This document shows positions 10,578-21,116 of a DNA stretch of 64,000 nucleotides, piece after piece. The position numbers and the translations under genes are program-made. A model generated the notes under the pieces. That model saw only the letters and a list, made by a program, of their open reading frames with translations. It was not told the DNA's origin and searched no databases. Each line of letters starts with the position of its first letter. Position 1 is the stretch's first letter. Location of the stretch: positions 672,001 to 736,000 of the forward strand of contig OZ242186.1 of NCBI GenBank assembly GCA_965205675.1. Reading direction: 5' to 3'. The DNA comes from Nitrosopumilus sp. (GTDB taxonomy: Archaea > Thermoproteota > Nitrososphaeria > Nitrososphaerales > Nitrosopumilaceae).

Positions 10578-12269
10578 CTAATAATATTGATGCATTTGTC
10601 GTTGTTCTAATCCTTCTTGCTCAAAATGATTATGTGCTTTTCCACCATCATGATGAGCATGAACATGACCATCAATATGACAATGAGTGTTATCAATTTG
10701 ATTTTTCATAAAGACATCGTCAATATTTAAGATCATATTGGTTGCCTCTACGGCTGTATTGAAAATCTGTTGTTTAACAGCTGCTGTTTCAATAATTTTT
10801 GATAAGGTCATATCTGATATTTTTCTAAAACTATAATCTACTCCATACCATTTAATTTTATTGGTAGAATTTGCAAATTTTGCCCGTAATTGGGTTTTTG
10901 TGTCAATCACATTCATTCCAACATTTCGAGCTAATGTCAATGGAATTTCTTCCACTGAATTTGCAAATCGTTCTAACACAATCTGTTCTTTATTTTCAAT
11001 AGTAGAGGCATGAATTCTGATTTTCTCTGCAATGATTCCTTCAATAGAGCCGGCACCAAATACAATAAATGGACTTTCAATAAAATTTTTCAATACTTTA
11101 AATCCGTTTAAAGCATTCCTATGAATCTCATCCAAATATCGCTTTGAATTGGCTCGCAATAACATGGTGACTGATTTTGGATTAACGCCTTCGACAAATA
11201 TCATTGTGTCTCCACCAATAGTTTTTTTATAAATTTTTTTGGCATGTCCTATTTCGTCAGTAGCTATTTTTTGCATATCCTTACAAGTTTTAGCACCTGT
11301 TGCTTTTTCTAACCACCATAAATCATTGTATTTCACTCTTCGAATCGTAATAATTCCTTTTTGTGCAAGAGCTTCTTGAACAAAGTCATTTATTCCCTTT
11401 CTAGATATTACAACGTTAACATTAGCATCTACAATTTTTTTTACAAGTGCTTCTAAATCCGTATTTTCTTGAATTAAAAATTGACTCATTTGTTCTGGAG
11501 AAGTAATTTCAATTTCAGATTCAGATTTTGTTTTCATTGTCTCTAAGGATTCATTAATTAGTAAAATTTTTGGATTGTCTATACTTTTAGGCATTGCAGG
11601 ACTATCAATGGTTTTATCAAGTACCGTTCCTCTAACTAATTGCGTATCTGAAATATTTCCAATTTTTTCTTCAATTTTGATATCATCAATATTGATATAA
11701 TTATTTTTAAAATCTCTAATGCAAGAAACAGACTCGATTATCAAATCTAAAAGTTTTTCTTGTGAATCGTATAAATCAAAAAGCGTTTTACCATTCAAAC
11801 ATGTGTAAAGTAACTGTTTCATTATTTTTTGATCTAAATTATTTGAACTTATTTTTACATCATCTAATACCTCTAAGGCATAATCAAGGCTTCGTTCATA
11901 ACCTTTTATTATTACAGTGACGGGGATTCCAATGTTTAGCAAATCTTTGGCATTTTCAAGTAACGCGCCTATTAAAATAGCCGAAGATATGGTGCCGTCA
12001 CCCACATGAGTATCTACAGTATTTACTGCTTCTATAACTGATTTAGCTGCAGGATGATCAACATCGACTTTTCTTAAAAATGCGCCACCATGTTTTGTTA
12101 AAGTATCTTCATCCAGTATGTCGATGTATATTTTCGACATACCTCTTGGACCTAAAGATGTTTTAACCAGATCTGTAACAAGTTTTCCAGAAATTAAATT
12201 TAACATTTGTGATTCTTGAATACCGATACGAGAAACATCTTCATCAAGTAAGTCTGGATATTTCATCAC
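10578..12269 (-). CDS. Divergent group II chaperonin (thermosome-like) with His-rich C-terminal tail
   Basis: SLGPRG, VGDGTIS, GAGSIE, IPLTLARN motifs; tail HCHIDGHVHAHHDGGKAHNH. Confidence 0.9.
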   Translation of the reverse strand: MMKYPDLLDEDVSRIGIQESQMLNLISGKLVTDLVKTSLGPRGMSKIYIDILDEDTLTKHGGAFLRKVDVDHPAAKSVIEAVNTVDTHVGDGTISSAILIGALLENAKDLLNIGIPVTVIIKGYERSLDYALEVLDDVKISSNNLDQKIMKQLLYTCLNGKTLFDLYDSQEKLLDLIIESVSCIRDFKNNYINIDDIKIEEKIGNISDTQLVRGTVLDKTIDSPAMPKSIDNPKILLINESLETMKTKSESEIEITSPEQMSQFLIQENTDLEALVKKIVDANVNVVISRKGINDFVQEALAQKGIITIRRVKYNDLWWLEKATGAKTCKDMQKIATDEIGHAKKIYKKTIGGDTMIFVEGVNPKSVTMLLRANSKRYLDEIHRNALNGFKVLKNFIESPFIVFGAGSIEGIIAEKIRIHASTIENKEQIVLERFANSVEEIPLTLARNVGMNVIDTKTQLRAKFANSTNKIKWYGVDYSFRKISDMTLSKIIETAAVKQQIFNTAVEATNMILNIDDVFMKNQIDNTHCHIDGHVHAHHDGGKAHNHFEQEGLEQRQMHQYY

Positions 12270-12397
12270 ATTTCTTAGAATTCCTTGTTAAAAAATATTT
12301 TTGAAAAAATTAAATGTAATATAATTATTTTAAATTATCTTTTAATATTCATCAATTTGGATACGTGGTCGGATATGAAAGTGGAGAATGATAACAT

Positions 12398-12694
12398 ATG
12401 ATGCAAGTGCAAAAAAATGAGCTAAAAAGTGCCTACATACTTTTGAAGTGTGATAAAAAAGAACATAGTGATTGCAGAAAAATACGTGATGCATTATTGG
12501 ACAAATACCCCAATGTTAGACGTGCTCAAACTACTGATGCAAAAATTAATGGCGAACAATGGTGTGTTGCAGCAACTGCTTTAGTAAATTCTACAGATGC
12601 AGATAAAATTAAAGAGGATTTGTGGAAGTTACGTACAAATAACAAAAGATTTATTGGAATATCTAATGTTCACTTTGTTGTAGATCAACAATAA
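12398..12694 (+). CDS. Hypothetical protein, possibly Lrp/AsnC ligand-binding-like fold
   Basis: AYILLKC start resembles stand-alone AsnC domains; weak. Confidence 0.5.
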   Translation: MMQVQKNELKSAYILLKCDKKEHSDCRKIRDALLDKYPNVRRAQTTDAKINGEQWCVAATALVNSTDADKIKEDLWKLRTNNKRFIGISNVHFVVDQQ

Positions 12695-12699
12695 ACTTA

Positions 12700-13783
12700 T
12701 ACCTTGGAGCATAATTCTTTGCAATTTCTCAAAACAAATAGCAATACTTTTTGATCAGTAGTTAGAAATAATTTCATGGACATCACAAATGACGAGTTAC
12801 TCCAGGCCTACAAAAAAGAAAAAAATATTCACAAAAAAAAAACAAGATTACATGCAATGTGTATAATTAAGATCAACGAATCCACAATTGCTGAAACTGT
12901 CAACCAAATGTTTTGTACCTACAATTCTGTAAGGAATTAGCTTGATTCATTTGAAAAATACGGACTGGAGGATCTCCCTCGTTCTGGCCGTCCGCCATTA
13001 ATTTCACACAAAAAATTACAAAAAATAGAGCGTACATTTAAGAAAATTTCAGATGGAATGACTCCAAAGAAACTGATACAATTCATATTTTACAGAACAC
13101 GCATTACATATCATATCACTCACGTGCGTCGTTTGATGCATAAATGGAATCTAAAACCAAAGGTTCCACAAAAGGTACATGTGCGAGCAGCATCCAAGGA
13201 TACATGCCGCAAGTGGAAAAACCGCATCATTTCACGCATAGAAAAGGCAAAAAAGAAAGGTTTTACAGTATTTATCCAAGACGAGTCTGTATTTGTAGAC
13301 GATGTACGTCTTGGTAAAAAATACTGGACAGATACACATCAACGAATGATTGTACGTTGGAGAGGATCACATCAAAGATTTTTGGTTTATGGAAATGATG
13401 ATAATCAAAGTTTTTTTAGATCGTATGAAAAATTTAATTCAATTGCATTTATAGATTATTTGGAAGCAGCTCGTAGAAAATTTGGAAAAATATTTGTTAT
13501 CATCGATAGAGCGCCACAACACAAAGCTAATGATGTAAAAAAATATCTGCACAAAAACAAAGATGTCAAACTGGCATATCTTCCAAGAGGTTCTCCACAT
13601 TTGAGTATGATTGAAGAGATTTGGAAACAGTGCAAACATGTTAATGTTGAATCAGAATTTTATGAATCTATTCATGAAATGAGGCATATAGTTATGGAAT
13701 ATTTTAGAACGCACAAATTCAATTTGAATATGTATCAGTATTTTGCAAGAACAATAAATTGAAAAGACTTATGATCTGGGGTA
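12700..13783 (+). mobile_element. IS630-family element, inactivated copy
   Basis: TA-flanked; imperfect IRs TACCTTGGAGCATAA / TTATGATCTGGGGTA; DDE motifs QDES, IDRAPQH, SPHLSMIE; TGG>TAG stop and deletions relative to the copy at 29244. Confidence 0.9.
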
Positions 13784-13850
13784 TAATTGCGCAAGAGGCC
13801 TAATACAAATAATGTTGGTGTGGATTAGACTCAGTCAACAAAAAAATGTT

Positions 13851-14066
13851 TCAGATTTGTTGTAGAAACTCTTCTTTTGAGATTTCTGCTTGCTCCAGTA
13901 TTAACTTTAAGGTGGACTCTCTTATTGGAGAATGTCTTGGAACTGGAACAATATTGCCCTTGCTATTTTGTAAAATTATGTGGCTTCCTCTTTGTCTGTT
14001 TGTATGATACCCAAATTTATTTAATGCCTTTATGACATCACGCCAATTGTGGTTTCTCAGACTCAA
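13851..14066 (-). CDS. hicA: HicA-family toxin
   Basis: RQRGSHIIL...VPVPRH...TLKLILEQA. Confidence 0.9.
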   Translation of the reverse strand: MSLRNHNWRDVIKALNKFGYHTNRQRGSHIILQNSKGNIVPVPRHSPIRESTLKLILEQAEISKEEFLQQI

Positions 14067-14281
14067 TTTGGAATCTCTACAACTATCTTTTGATCTGGTT
14101 TTGTTTTTTCCTCAATGGATTCTAGAACTAATGAGATTACTTCTTTCATGTTTACTTCTAGTTGCTCCATTGTGTCTCCTTCACTGATTGCTGCAGGCAA
14201 TTCAAGGCATCGTCCGGTGTATCCACCTTCTGATGATTTGATTACCTGTATAGTGAATTTTCTTGTATTCATGCTTTTCAT
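14063..14281 (-). CDS. hicB: HicB-family antitoxin (short form)
   Basis: GGYTGRCLELPAAISEGDTMEQL; 4-bp overlap with hicA. Confidence 0.9.
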   Translation of the reverse strand: MKSMNTRKFTIQVIKSSEGGYTGRCLELPAAISEGDTMEQLEVNMKEVISLVLESIEEKTKPDQKIVVEIPN

Positions 14282-14532
14282 TTTCTTGTGTTGTTTCCTT
14301 TCTAAAAAAGATTAGGAATCAAGAATGCGGTTTAATTCTTGCCTTATCTTTTTGAGTGTCTTTTTGTGCTTTCTTTGACGTATTCTGTCTTGTGCTATTC
14401 CTAATTCAACTCGAGCATCTGAAATTATCTTAGATGGATGTCTCAGTTCAATCATCATATGACACGAGGCATTGCAGTGTCTAGTGTTTTTTGTTGCAAT
14501 GCCATGAATTCCATGAACTAAAAATTGATGTA

Positions 14533-14658
14533 TACTAAATAACAAAAATTTGTCACCCTATTCTGAACTCGATTTACGTACATTGTAGATTCAAGTTTAA
14601 ATTTCAGGAATTAGTATAATTTGGAAGATTTTGGTTCATGAATATTTGTTAGACAGTA
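14533..14658. mobile_element. 126-bp IS630-type MITE, copy 1
   Basis: TA-flanked, imperfect TIRs TACT..TAACAAA; near-identical inverted copy at 60897-61022. Confidence 0.85.
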
Positions 14659-15325
14659 TAGTTCAATGCTAAAAGCAGATGGTCCAGTATGGCACAAATC
14701 AGACATTGAACAAAACCGTCTGCCAATATCAGGAATTGACACTGTTGTTCAATGGGGATCTCTAAATCAAAGGGTTGGATATTTGGATACAAACTGCACA
14801 TGAGTTGCAGTACTGGCAAACTGGTTGTTCCTTTATCTGCTAATGTCTCAACTGCAAATGTTTCTGATGGTAAAATGTATTATACAATAATTGAACCGCT
14901 TTCAGGACTGGTTGAGAATATTTTATGTGATCCCGCATATGATGATAAATCATTATATCAGTTTAGCGATGAGAGACATTTGAGATTGATTTGTCCTATC
15001 AAAATATATCCATCAACGCCACCAGAGCGAATCAAACTTGCAGATTTTTATAATTCTGTACAAGGTCAAGAGTTATACTCACAAAGAAAAGTTTCAATTG
15101 AACCCCTCTTTGAGTATCTCAAAGATATTTTTAACATCAGGGTGATGCCAGTAAGAGGATTATACAATGTCAAATCATTTGTGTTGGTTTGTGTTCTTGT
15201 GTATCAGTTGACAGTGTATTACAACTGTATAATTGGGGCAGAGAATCCCAGATTTGTAAAGAGAATGCTTTACTGTTAGAAAATCCCTGAGAATTATTTT
15301 TGTAAATAATTATGCCCAAGTCTCA
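14659..15325 (+). mobile_element. Truncated DDE transposase (IS5/IS982-like), pseudogene
   Basis: GWIFGYKLH, DPAYD, RKVSIEPLF motifs; 5' part missing next to the MITE; frameshift near 14755. Confidence 0.8.
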
Positions 15326-15486
15326 ACTATTTTACTTTTGCTTTTTACTGCATGTTGGGTCTTGATACTTTACACGAAGATCCATAGTTGAGGTCTCATT
15401 ATTTCTGTCTGGTTACTGAAAAGGTAGAGATTAGGCGTAAAAGTCATAAACCTATGAAATAAAAAAAGCGAAACTCTGATATTAAA

Positions 15487-17085
15487 TTATTTTTTCATTG
15501 CATTGTGACTTGTGAGATCATCTCCTGATGTATCTAAAGTATTTGAATCATAACCATTTGGCATGGAATCATCAGCATTTCCAAAGTGTTTCAAATCTTC
15601 ACCTGATATGACATCCTCTTCTGGTGGAACATAATCTCGTACGTCATGTCGCGTTTTTCCAGGATGTGTGTTTTGTGTTGCATATGCAACAATTACAAAT
15701 AATATTGTTGCAATTACTGGAGGAATCATTGTATCTAATCCTGCCCACTCTTCAGGCATGGTAAAGAATAGAATCAATCTAATGGCAGAACCTACAATTA
15801 TTGCCGTTATAGCTGCTGGCATGTTTGCTTTTTTCCAGAATAATCCAAATGTAAGAGGTGCAAATGCGCCTGCAAAAACGATGTCAAAAGCCAAAATTAG
15901 ATAAATTCCAGGAGCTGGGATAAAGTAACCAATTGCAGTTCCAATCACTATCATAGGAATAATGGCAAGTCGTGTTACTTTGAGTAATTTGCTATCACTC
16001 CAATTAGATCTGCCCATCCAACGCCGTCGAATTATTCTTTGCATTAGATTTCTAGATATTACACTTGAAATAGCTAGTAATCCTCCACTAGCTGTAGACA
16101 TTGATGCGCCAATTACACCCATTAGAATTGCAGCCCCAATTGCAAATGGCATAAACTCAGTAGCTAGCACCGGTAATGCTAAATCAGGCATTATGTCAGC
16201 AGGTAAATAATAAAATGCTACAATTCCTAACATGCTGGTTGGGATGACTGTGAACATTGTTAATGCGCCCCCCATCAATGCCCCTCTTTGTGCAGTTTTG
16301 GGGTTCTTTGCTGCAAATACTCTTTCCATAAAGTCAAGTGCAACAATATCTCCCAATCCTAATGCAACAATAGCTCCCCAATTTATCAGTGCTCCATTTG
16401 CAATATCAAACAGCCCTGAAAGATCCATGAATTCAGGAGGCGCATTATTATAAATTACATCCCATGGGGTATCTGAGAATCCGCCAAAGAAGAAAAGGAA
16501 TGCTGCCCAAAATGCACCAATTGCAAGATACACCTGAAATAGATTTGTGTATGCGGATGCAAATAATCCTCCTGCAACTGTATAGATTACTACAACTAGA
16601 GCTGAAATTGCTATTCCGTAAAAATAATTTATTCCAAATACGACTTCTAAAATAAATCCACTAGCTGCTAAATTACCTGCAACAAGAATAAGGAAACTGA
16701 TTATCATTAATATTCCTGATAATCCTTCAGCTCCATTTCCAAATCTTCTAAAATAAAAATCAGGTAATGTAATCATAGACATTCTGTTTAGAGGCTTTGC
16801 ATAAAATGCAGAAACAATAAGCAGACAAGATCCCAAACCAATTGGAATTACTGCACCGGCCCAAAATCCAAATTCAAACGTGAGTGCAATATTTCCTAAT
16901 GTTGAATTTCCATCTACTGCTTGTGCTGCAAGCATTGTTCCTACCATAAAAAGCGGCAAACTTTTTCCAGCAACAATTAATCTTTTCCCACTATTTTTTA
17001 CTAATCTGCCAGCAAACACTCCCACTGCAAGTGTAATTACAATGAATATTGCAACTGCAATGCCAAAACCCTCCAATTCAACCAA
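15487..17085 (-). CDS. Sodium:solute symporter (SSS/SLC5, choline-transporter-like)
   Basis: About 13 TM helices; ITLPDFYFRRFG, YTVAGGL, GASMSTAS, FGLFWKKAN. Confidence 0.9.
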   Translation of the reverse strand: MVELEGFGIAVAIFIVITLAVGVFAGRLVKNSGKRLIVAGKSLPLFMVGTMLAAQAVDGNSTLGNIALTFEFGFWAGAVIPIGLGSCLLIVSAFYAKPLNRMSMITLPDFYFRRFGNGAEGLSGILMIISFLILVAGNLAASGFILEVVFGINYFYGIAISALVVVIYTVAGGLFASAYTNLFQVYLAIGAFWAAFLFFFGGFSDTPWDVIYNNAPPEFMDLSGLFDIANGALINWGAIVALGLGDIVALDFMERVFAAKNPKTAQRGALMGGALTMFTVIPTSMLGIVAFYYLPADIMPDLALPVLATEFMPFAIGAAILMGVIGASMSTASGGLLAISSVISRNLMQRIIRRRWMGRSNWSDSKLLKVTRLAIIPMIVIGTAIGYFIPAPGIYLILAFDIVFAGAFAPLTFGLFWKKANMPAAITAIIVGSAIRLILFFTMPEEWAGLDTMIPPVIATILFVIVAYATQNTHPGKTRHDVRDYVPPEEDVISGEDLKHFGNADDSMPNGYDSNTLDTSGDDLTSHNAMKK

Positions 17086-17112
17086 AACAGAAATTTTTAT
17101 AACAAAAAATTA

Positions 17113-17143
17113 TTTAAGTATTAAAAATTTCAAGTAAAGTACG
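17113..17143 (-). promoter_or_regulatory. Shared promoter/operator element upstream of the symporter
   Basis: Minus strand CGTACTTTACTTGAAATTTTTAATACTTAAA including a TATA-like TTTAATA; 27/31 identical to 23098-23128. Confidence 0.7.
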
Positions 17144-17475
17144 TTTTATGAATATAGTTTCATATGTATGATATCATTTGACATAAAATTTATAATTATT
17201 GTAGTAATTTATTGTAAAAAATAATAATTAAAGATAAAAACTACTATTGATTCAATAATGGAATATAATAAAACACACAATTTTTTTTTGATTTAATTCG
17301 TATAATACATTTATTTTAAAATTTTTAAAAAAAACTATCATTTTAAAAAAATAATTTGTAAAAAGAATATCTCATTGCATCTAATTATAAAATAATAACA
17401 TTCAACAGAAATTTTTAAAAAATTAGATTTCGAAAAAATATAAATTTAATTAGTTAACTGGTACGATTATTCCCT

Positions 17476-17637
17476 ATGGATAAACAATATGCGTTGGCAG
17501 TAATTTTAATTATATTGGGAGTTGGTTTAAGTCAATCTGGAACAACTAATGCTTTTTACAGTGGCCTTGGAATTGGAATTATAGGATTAGGAATATTTTG
17601 GGTAATAATTCGGTTAATTAAAGAATTAAAAAGATAG
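17476..17637 (+). CDS. Small two-TM membrane protein (53 aa)
   Basis: MDKQYALAVILIILGVGL...GLGIGIIGLGIFWVIIRLIKELKR*. Confidence 0.6.
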   Translation: MDKQYALAVILIILGVGLSQSGTTNAFYSGLGIGIIGLGIFWVIIRLIKELKR

Positions 17638-17699
17638 ATCGTTTTATTTTTAAAAATTAACATAATAAAATAATATAAGTATCACCTAGAATAAAAATT

Positions 17700-18218
17700 A
17701 TGCCTGCAAAAGGATATTCTACAATAGGAATGAAACCTGCAGTAATATCAGAATTACAAGACGTTACAGATAGAAATTATCTAGGAATGTTTCTACCTAG
17801 CACTCTAATCATCATGATGAATGAAATTAAAGCCGAACGATACTCGGTGCATTCCCACAAATTAAGATTAGATTTGACAGGGCGATACAATTCAATTACA
17901 ATAAGATCAGATGTAAAAGAATGGTTGCAGGATAATTATAAAATACTGAATCAAGAATACTTGGACAAATATAGAATTACTTGTTTTACAAAATTTGTTA
18001 GCTATTTTCTAGTTAATGTAATTGAATCAAAAAATGATTCTCAAAACAATACCTTAAATCTAAAAGAGGCAGATTTTAAATTTCTTCATAAAGAATACCA
18101 AAAACAAAAAAAGGCTTTAAAAAATGAAATGAAATTAAATTTTGAGCAATTTGTAGATAATTACATTAGTGAATTATTTGATAGAATAAAAATGGCAAAA
18201 AAAGCTTTAACTGTCTAA
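17700..18218 (+). CDS. Hypothetical protein
   Basis: 172-aa clean ORF. Confidence 0.7.
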   Translation: MPAKGYSTIGMKPAVISELQDVTDRNYLGMFLPSTLIIMMNEIKAERYSVHSHKLRLDLTGRYNSITIRSDVKEWLQDNYKILNQEYLDKYRITCFTKFVSYFLVNVIESKNDSQNNTLNLKEADFKFLHKEYQKQKKALKNEMKLNFEQFVDNYISELFDRIKMAKKALTV

Positions 18219-18228
18219 AAATAAAAAA

Positions 18229-18480
18229 TCAAAGAGGAGTCATAGTATCAATCAATCTTGCATTAACTATATGCCCATCTTTCTCCTGAATCTCAAGATC
18301 TACGGTGTATTTCAATGCATTTAACATGAAATTAACTTGTACATCCCAACCTCTTCTAGTTCCTTTTTCAGGAATTGCAAATGTTTCATTTATTTTGAAA
18401 TCATTTACATCACCATAAAGAGCAGTTATTGCTTTTTGAGATGCATTGTGAATTTCTTCAACAGTACTTACTTGTTGCAT
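18229..18480 (-). CDS. Hypothetical protein
   Basis: 83-aa clean ORF. Confidence 0.65.
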   Translation of the reverse strand: MQQVSTVEEIHNASQKAITALYGDVNDFKINETFAIPEKGTRRGWDVQVNFMLNALKYTVDLEIQEKDGHIVNARLIDTMTPL

Positions 18481-19342
18481 AAAAGTAAATAAAAAAACAA
18501 ATATAAAAATTTTTATTATTTTTTTAAAATTTATTGTATCCTAAAATTAGTTTGTCTTTTACTCTGTATGGTATTTTTCTCCTAGCTGCTTACAACAAAT
18601 GCGATTTTCTTCTTTGCCATCTTTTGCATGAATGCTTTAGCTAGCGTTTTAAGATGATTATTCTCATCAAATAGCATGTGTGATTTTGTGTAATTGTGCC
18701 AATCAGTTAATTCGTTTATCACATCAAACCATTTTTGCTTTCTCTGAATCTCACTGTAAAATTGTCTTAGCTTACTGTTTGTCTAAAGATGACTCAGCAT
18801 AGTAGCTAGAATGTGCTTAATTTTTAATGTTGTTCATTCTCGCTCAAACTCTGATGAATTTTTTTGTATTGTGATTTTTTTGCATAAAACTGAAAACTAT
18901 GATTAGTTGGAACTGATTCAGATTTATCGTGTTTTGTAATTGTTTTTTTGAGTATTATAATTGCATTATTTCAAGTTGCATTTGTAAGCACTTTGTAATT
19001 GATGATGAATTGTAATACTCTATTCTGATAACAAATTAGCCAATTATCTGAGAATTTACAATCAGTATGTTGCATAAAATTGGAATATGTCTTCTCATAT
19101 CTTCATGAAATCAACAACCGTTGTATTTCACATTCCATTTTTTTAAATACTCTGATTATCTGCAATACTTTGGTTGGATCTAGTTTTTGCACGACTAGAT
19201 GATTCCTGTCTCTCTGCCCTATGCGTATCTTGATTTTAGTCTAGATGCCATGAGTTAATTTCAGAACAATGGACTGGTGTATTTATTAATTAAAATATAA
19301 GAATCTAAGAAAGTATAATTTGTTAAAAATATACAGATATGC

Positions 19343-19828
19343 ATGCTGGAAATTCACGCACCAGACGGAAATATCTTTCTAGACCAAGAATTTGACAAAC
19401 TAAAAGATGAAAATTTTGAGAAACTAAAAATCTCACGAACTGATTTGGAAAAAAGAATTCTGAGAAGAAAGACAGATCGTGGAACAGATATTGGTTTGAA
19501 TTTAGACCCTGGAATAAAACTTTGCAATGGAGATATCATAAAAAACAACAATATGAAAATTATAATAGAGCAATTACCTGAAAAAGTAATTTTAATAAAA
19601 CTAAAAACCAAAAGTATTGTAGATGTGATGGTACTTTTAGGTCATATTATTGGAAACAGGCATAGGCCAATATCAATTCAGGAAGATGAGATAATGTTTC
19701 CAATTCAAACAGATTCAGAACAAGAAATATTTACAAAACTGTTTCATAATATTATAGATCATATTGAGATAAAAGTAGATGAGAGAATATTTCTTCCACA
19801 TTTGGGTGCTAACATACATGAACATTGA
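19343..19828 (+). CDS. ureE: Urease accessory protein UreE
   Basis: KRILRRKTDRGTDIG, LGHIIGNRHRP, C-terminal HEH. Confidence 0.92.
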   Translation: MLEIHAPDGNIFLDQEFDKLKDENFEKLKISRTDLEKRILRRKTDRGTDIGLNLDPGIKLCNGDIIKNNNMKIIIEQLPEKVILIKLKTKSIVDVMVLLGHIIGNRHRPISIQEDEIMFPIQTDSEQEIFTKLFHNIIDHIEIKVDERIFLPHLGANIHEH

Positions 19829-20519
19829 TGATGTGGAACAAGAGCTTGGAGCCATGCAGCTATCTGACTCTTTTTTTCCTATCGGTATTTTTACAACATC
19901 AAACGGAGTAGAGCTTCTTTTTACAGAAAAAAAGATTCAAGGAGTGTCTGACTTGATAAATTTGATTAGAGTTAACATTATTCAACAGATTGCTCCTACA
20001 GACTGCGTAATACTTGCAAATGCTTTTGAGGATGCCAAGAGCGGTGACCTTGATAAAGTAATTGAAATAGATAGTATTGGGTTTGCCACAAAATCTATAA
20101 AAGAGATACGCGATGCATCTGTAAGATCAGGCATTCAGTTAATCCGATGTGTATCAGAGTTTGTGCAGGATAATGAAATTCTAAACCAATACAAAAATAA
20201 ATTATCCGAAAAAAAAACACATGGTATATTTCCTGTTGCATTTGCCATCTGCTGTAATGCATTAAATATTAAAAAAGAAAAAAGCATGATGATGATGCTA
20301 TATGGTTTTACTGTGGGTATGGTCAGTGCTGCATTAAGACTGGGATTGATACAGCACTTTGAGGCTCAAAAAATTATTCATAGTACAAAACCTGTTATCA
20401 GTCAGAGTATCAAAGAGTGTTCAAACAAGTCCATTTTAGAGATATGGCAGTTTACCCCTCAAATGGACATAACTCAAATGTCTCATGAAAAAATGGATTC
20501 TAAAATGTTTATTACATGA
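19818..20519 (+). CDS. ureF: Urease accessory protein UreF
   Basis: QLSDSFFPIG..SNGVE start, AALRLG, C-terminal HEKMDSKMFIT. Confidence 0.92.
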   Translation: MNIDDVEQELGAMQLSDSFFPIGIFTTSNGVELLFTEKKIQGVSDLINLIRVNIIQQIAPTDCVILANAFEDAKSGDLDKVIEIDSIGFATKSIKEIRDASVRSGIQLIRCVSEFVQDNEILNQYKNKLSEKKTHGIFPVAFAICCNALNIKKEKSMMMMLYGFTVGMVSAALRLGLIQHFEAQKIIHSTKPVISQSIKECSNKSILEIWQFTPQMDITQMSHEKMDSKMFIT

Positions 20520-20536
20520 ATTTTGGTTTTTTCATT

Positions 20537-20578
20537 ATGAATCATATGCCAAAAATTGGAAATGTTGCAATTGGATGA
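20537..20578 (+). pseudogene. ureG: Probable truncated ureG N-terminus
   Basis: MNHMPKIG directly after ureF, breaking off where the GGPVGSGKT P-loop is expected. Confidence 0.45.
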
Positions 20579-20834
20579 TTCATTAGAATCATATCCTCTG
20601 GAAAAATATTTGTAGAAATTGATGAGGCATTTTGCGAACAATGTCTCTAGTTGTCTTTATATTTTTTATTGGATGATTATTTCTTTGCTTGTTTTATGAT
20701 AAAGTTTCAAATGGAATAATCTACTAGTCTTTACATCAATTATACTTTTGATATAATCTACAAAAATAAGCTAATTTTTTCATATTCTTTTAAAATATTT
20801 GATTTCACTTTTAGAACTGTTTCCTATCATAAAA

Positions 20835-21056
20835 TTTCATTTTACAACCACAAGATTGAAATCTTAGATTCATGCACTACGGAATTTACAACACTGCCAA
20901 GTAATTTCCATCTCATGCCGCCAAGTCCTTTTGAACCAATAATGATCATTGTTACACATGTAATTTTTACGTTATATGGTATGGCAAGTGAAGTTGCAGT
21001 ATCTGGTCTTTTTCTGATGTACCTGAAATATCTAATGCAACCAAAATATTTTTCAT
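20835..21056 (-). pseudogene. Universal stress protein pseudogene
   Basis: Fragments NILVALD..., MIIIGSKGLGG...LLGSVVNSVVHESKI with frameshifts and a deletion. Confidence 0.7.
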
Positions 21057-21116
21057 TTTTATCTTCTAGTTAATTAAATTGTTTCTATAATTCAGGTAAA
21101 GTACGAATTTATTTTT

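Noticed and set aside
15668-16655. Plus-strand ORFs antisense to the symporter (and similar shadow ORFs elsewhere)
   Set aside because: Shadow frames of well-supported genes on the opposite strand.
17150-17460. Extremely AT-rich gap as a possible replication origin
   Set aside because: No ORB boxes or cdc6/orc1 gene nearby; more likely divergent promoter DNA.
18500-19300. Decayed coding-like sequence upstream of ureE
   Set aside because: No recognisable motif (no urease alpha signature), so it cannot be assigned.
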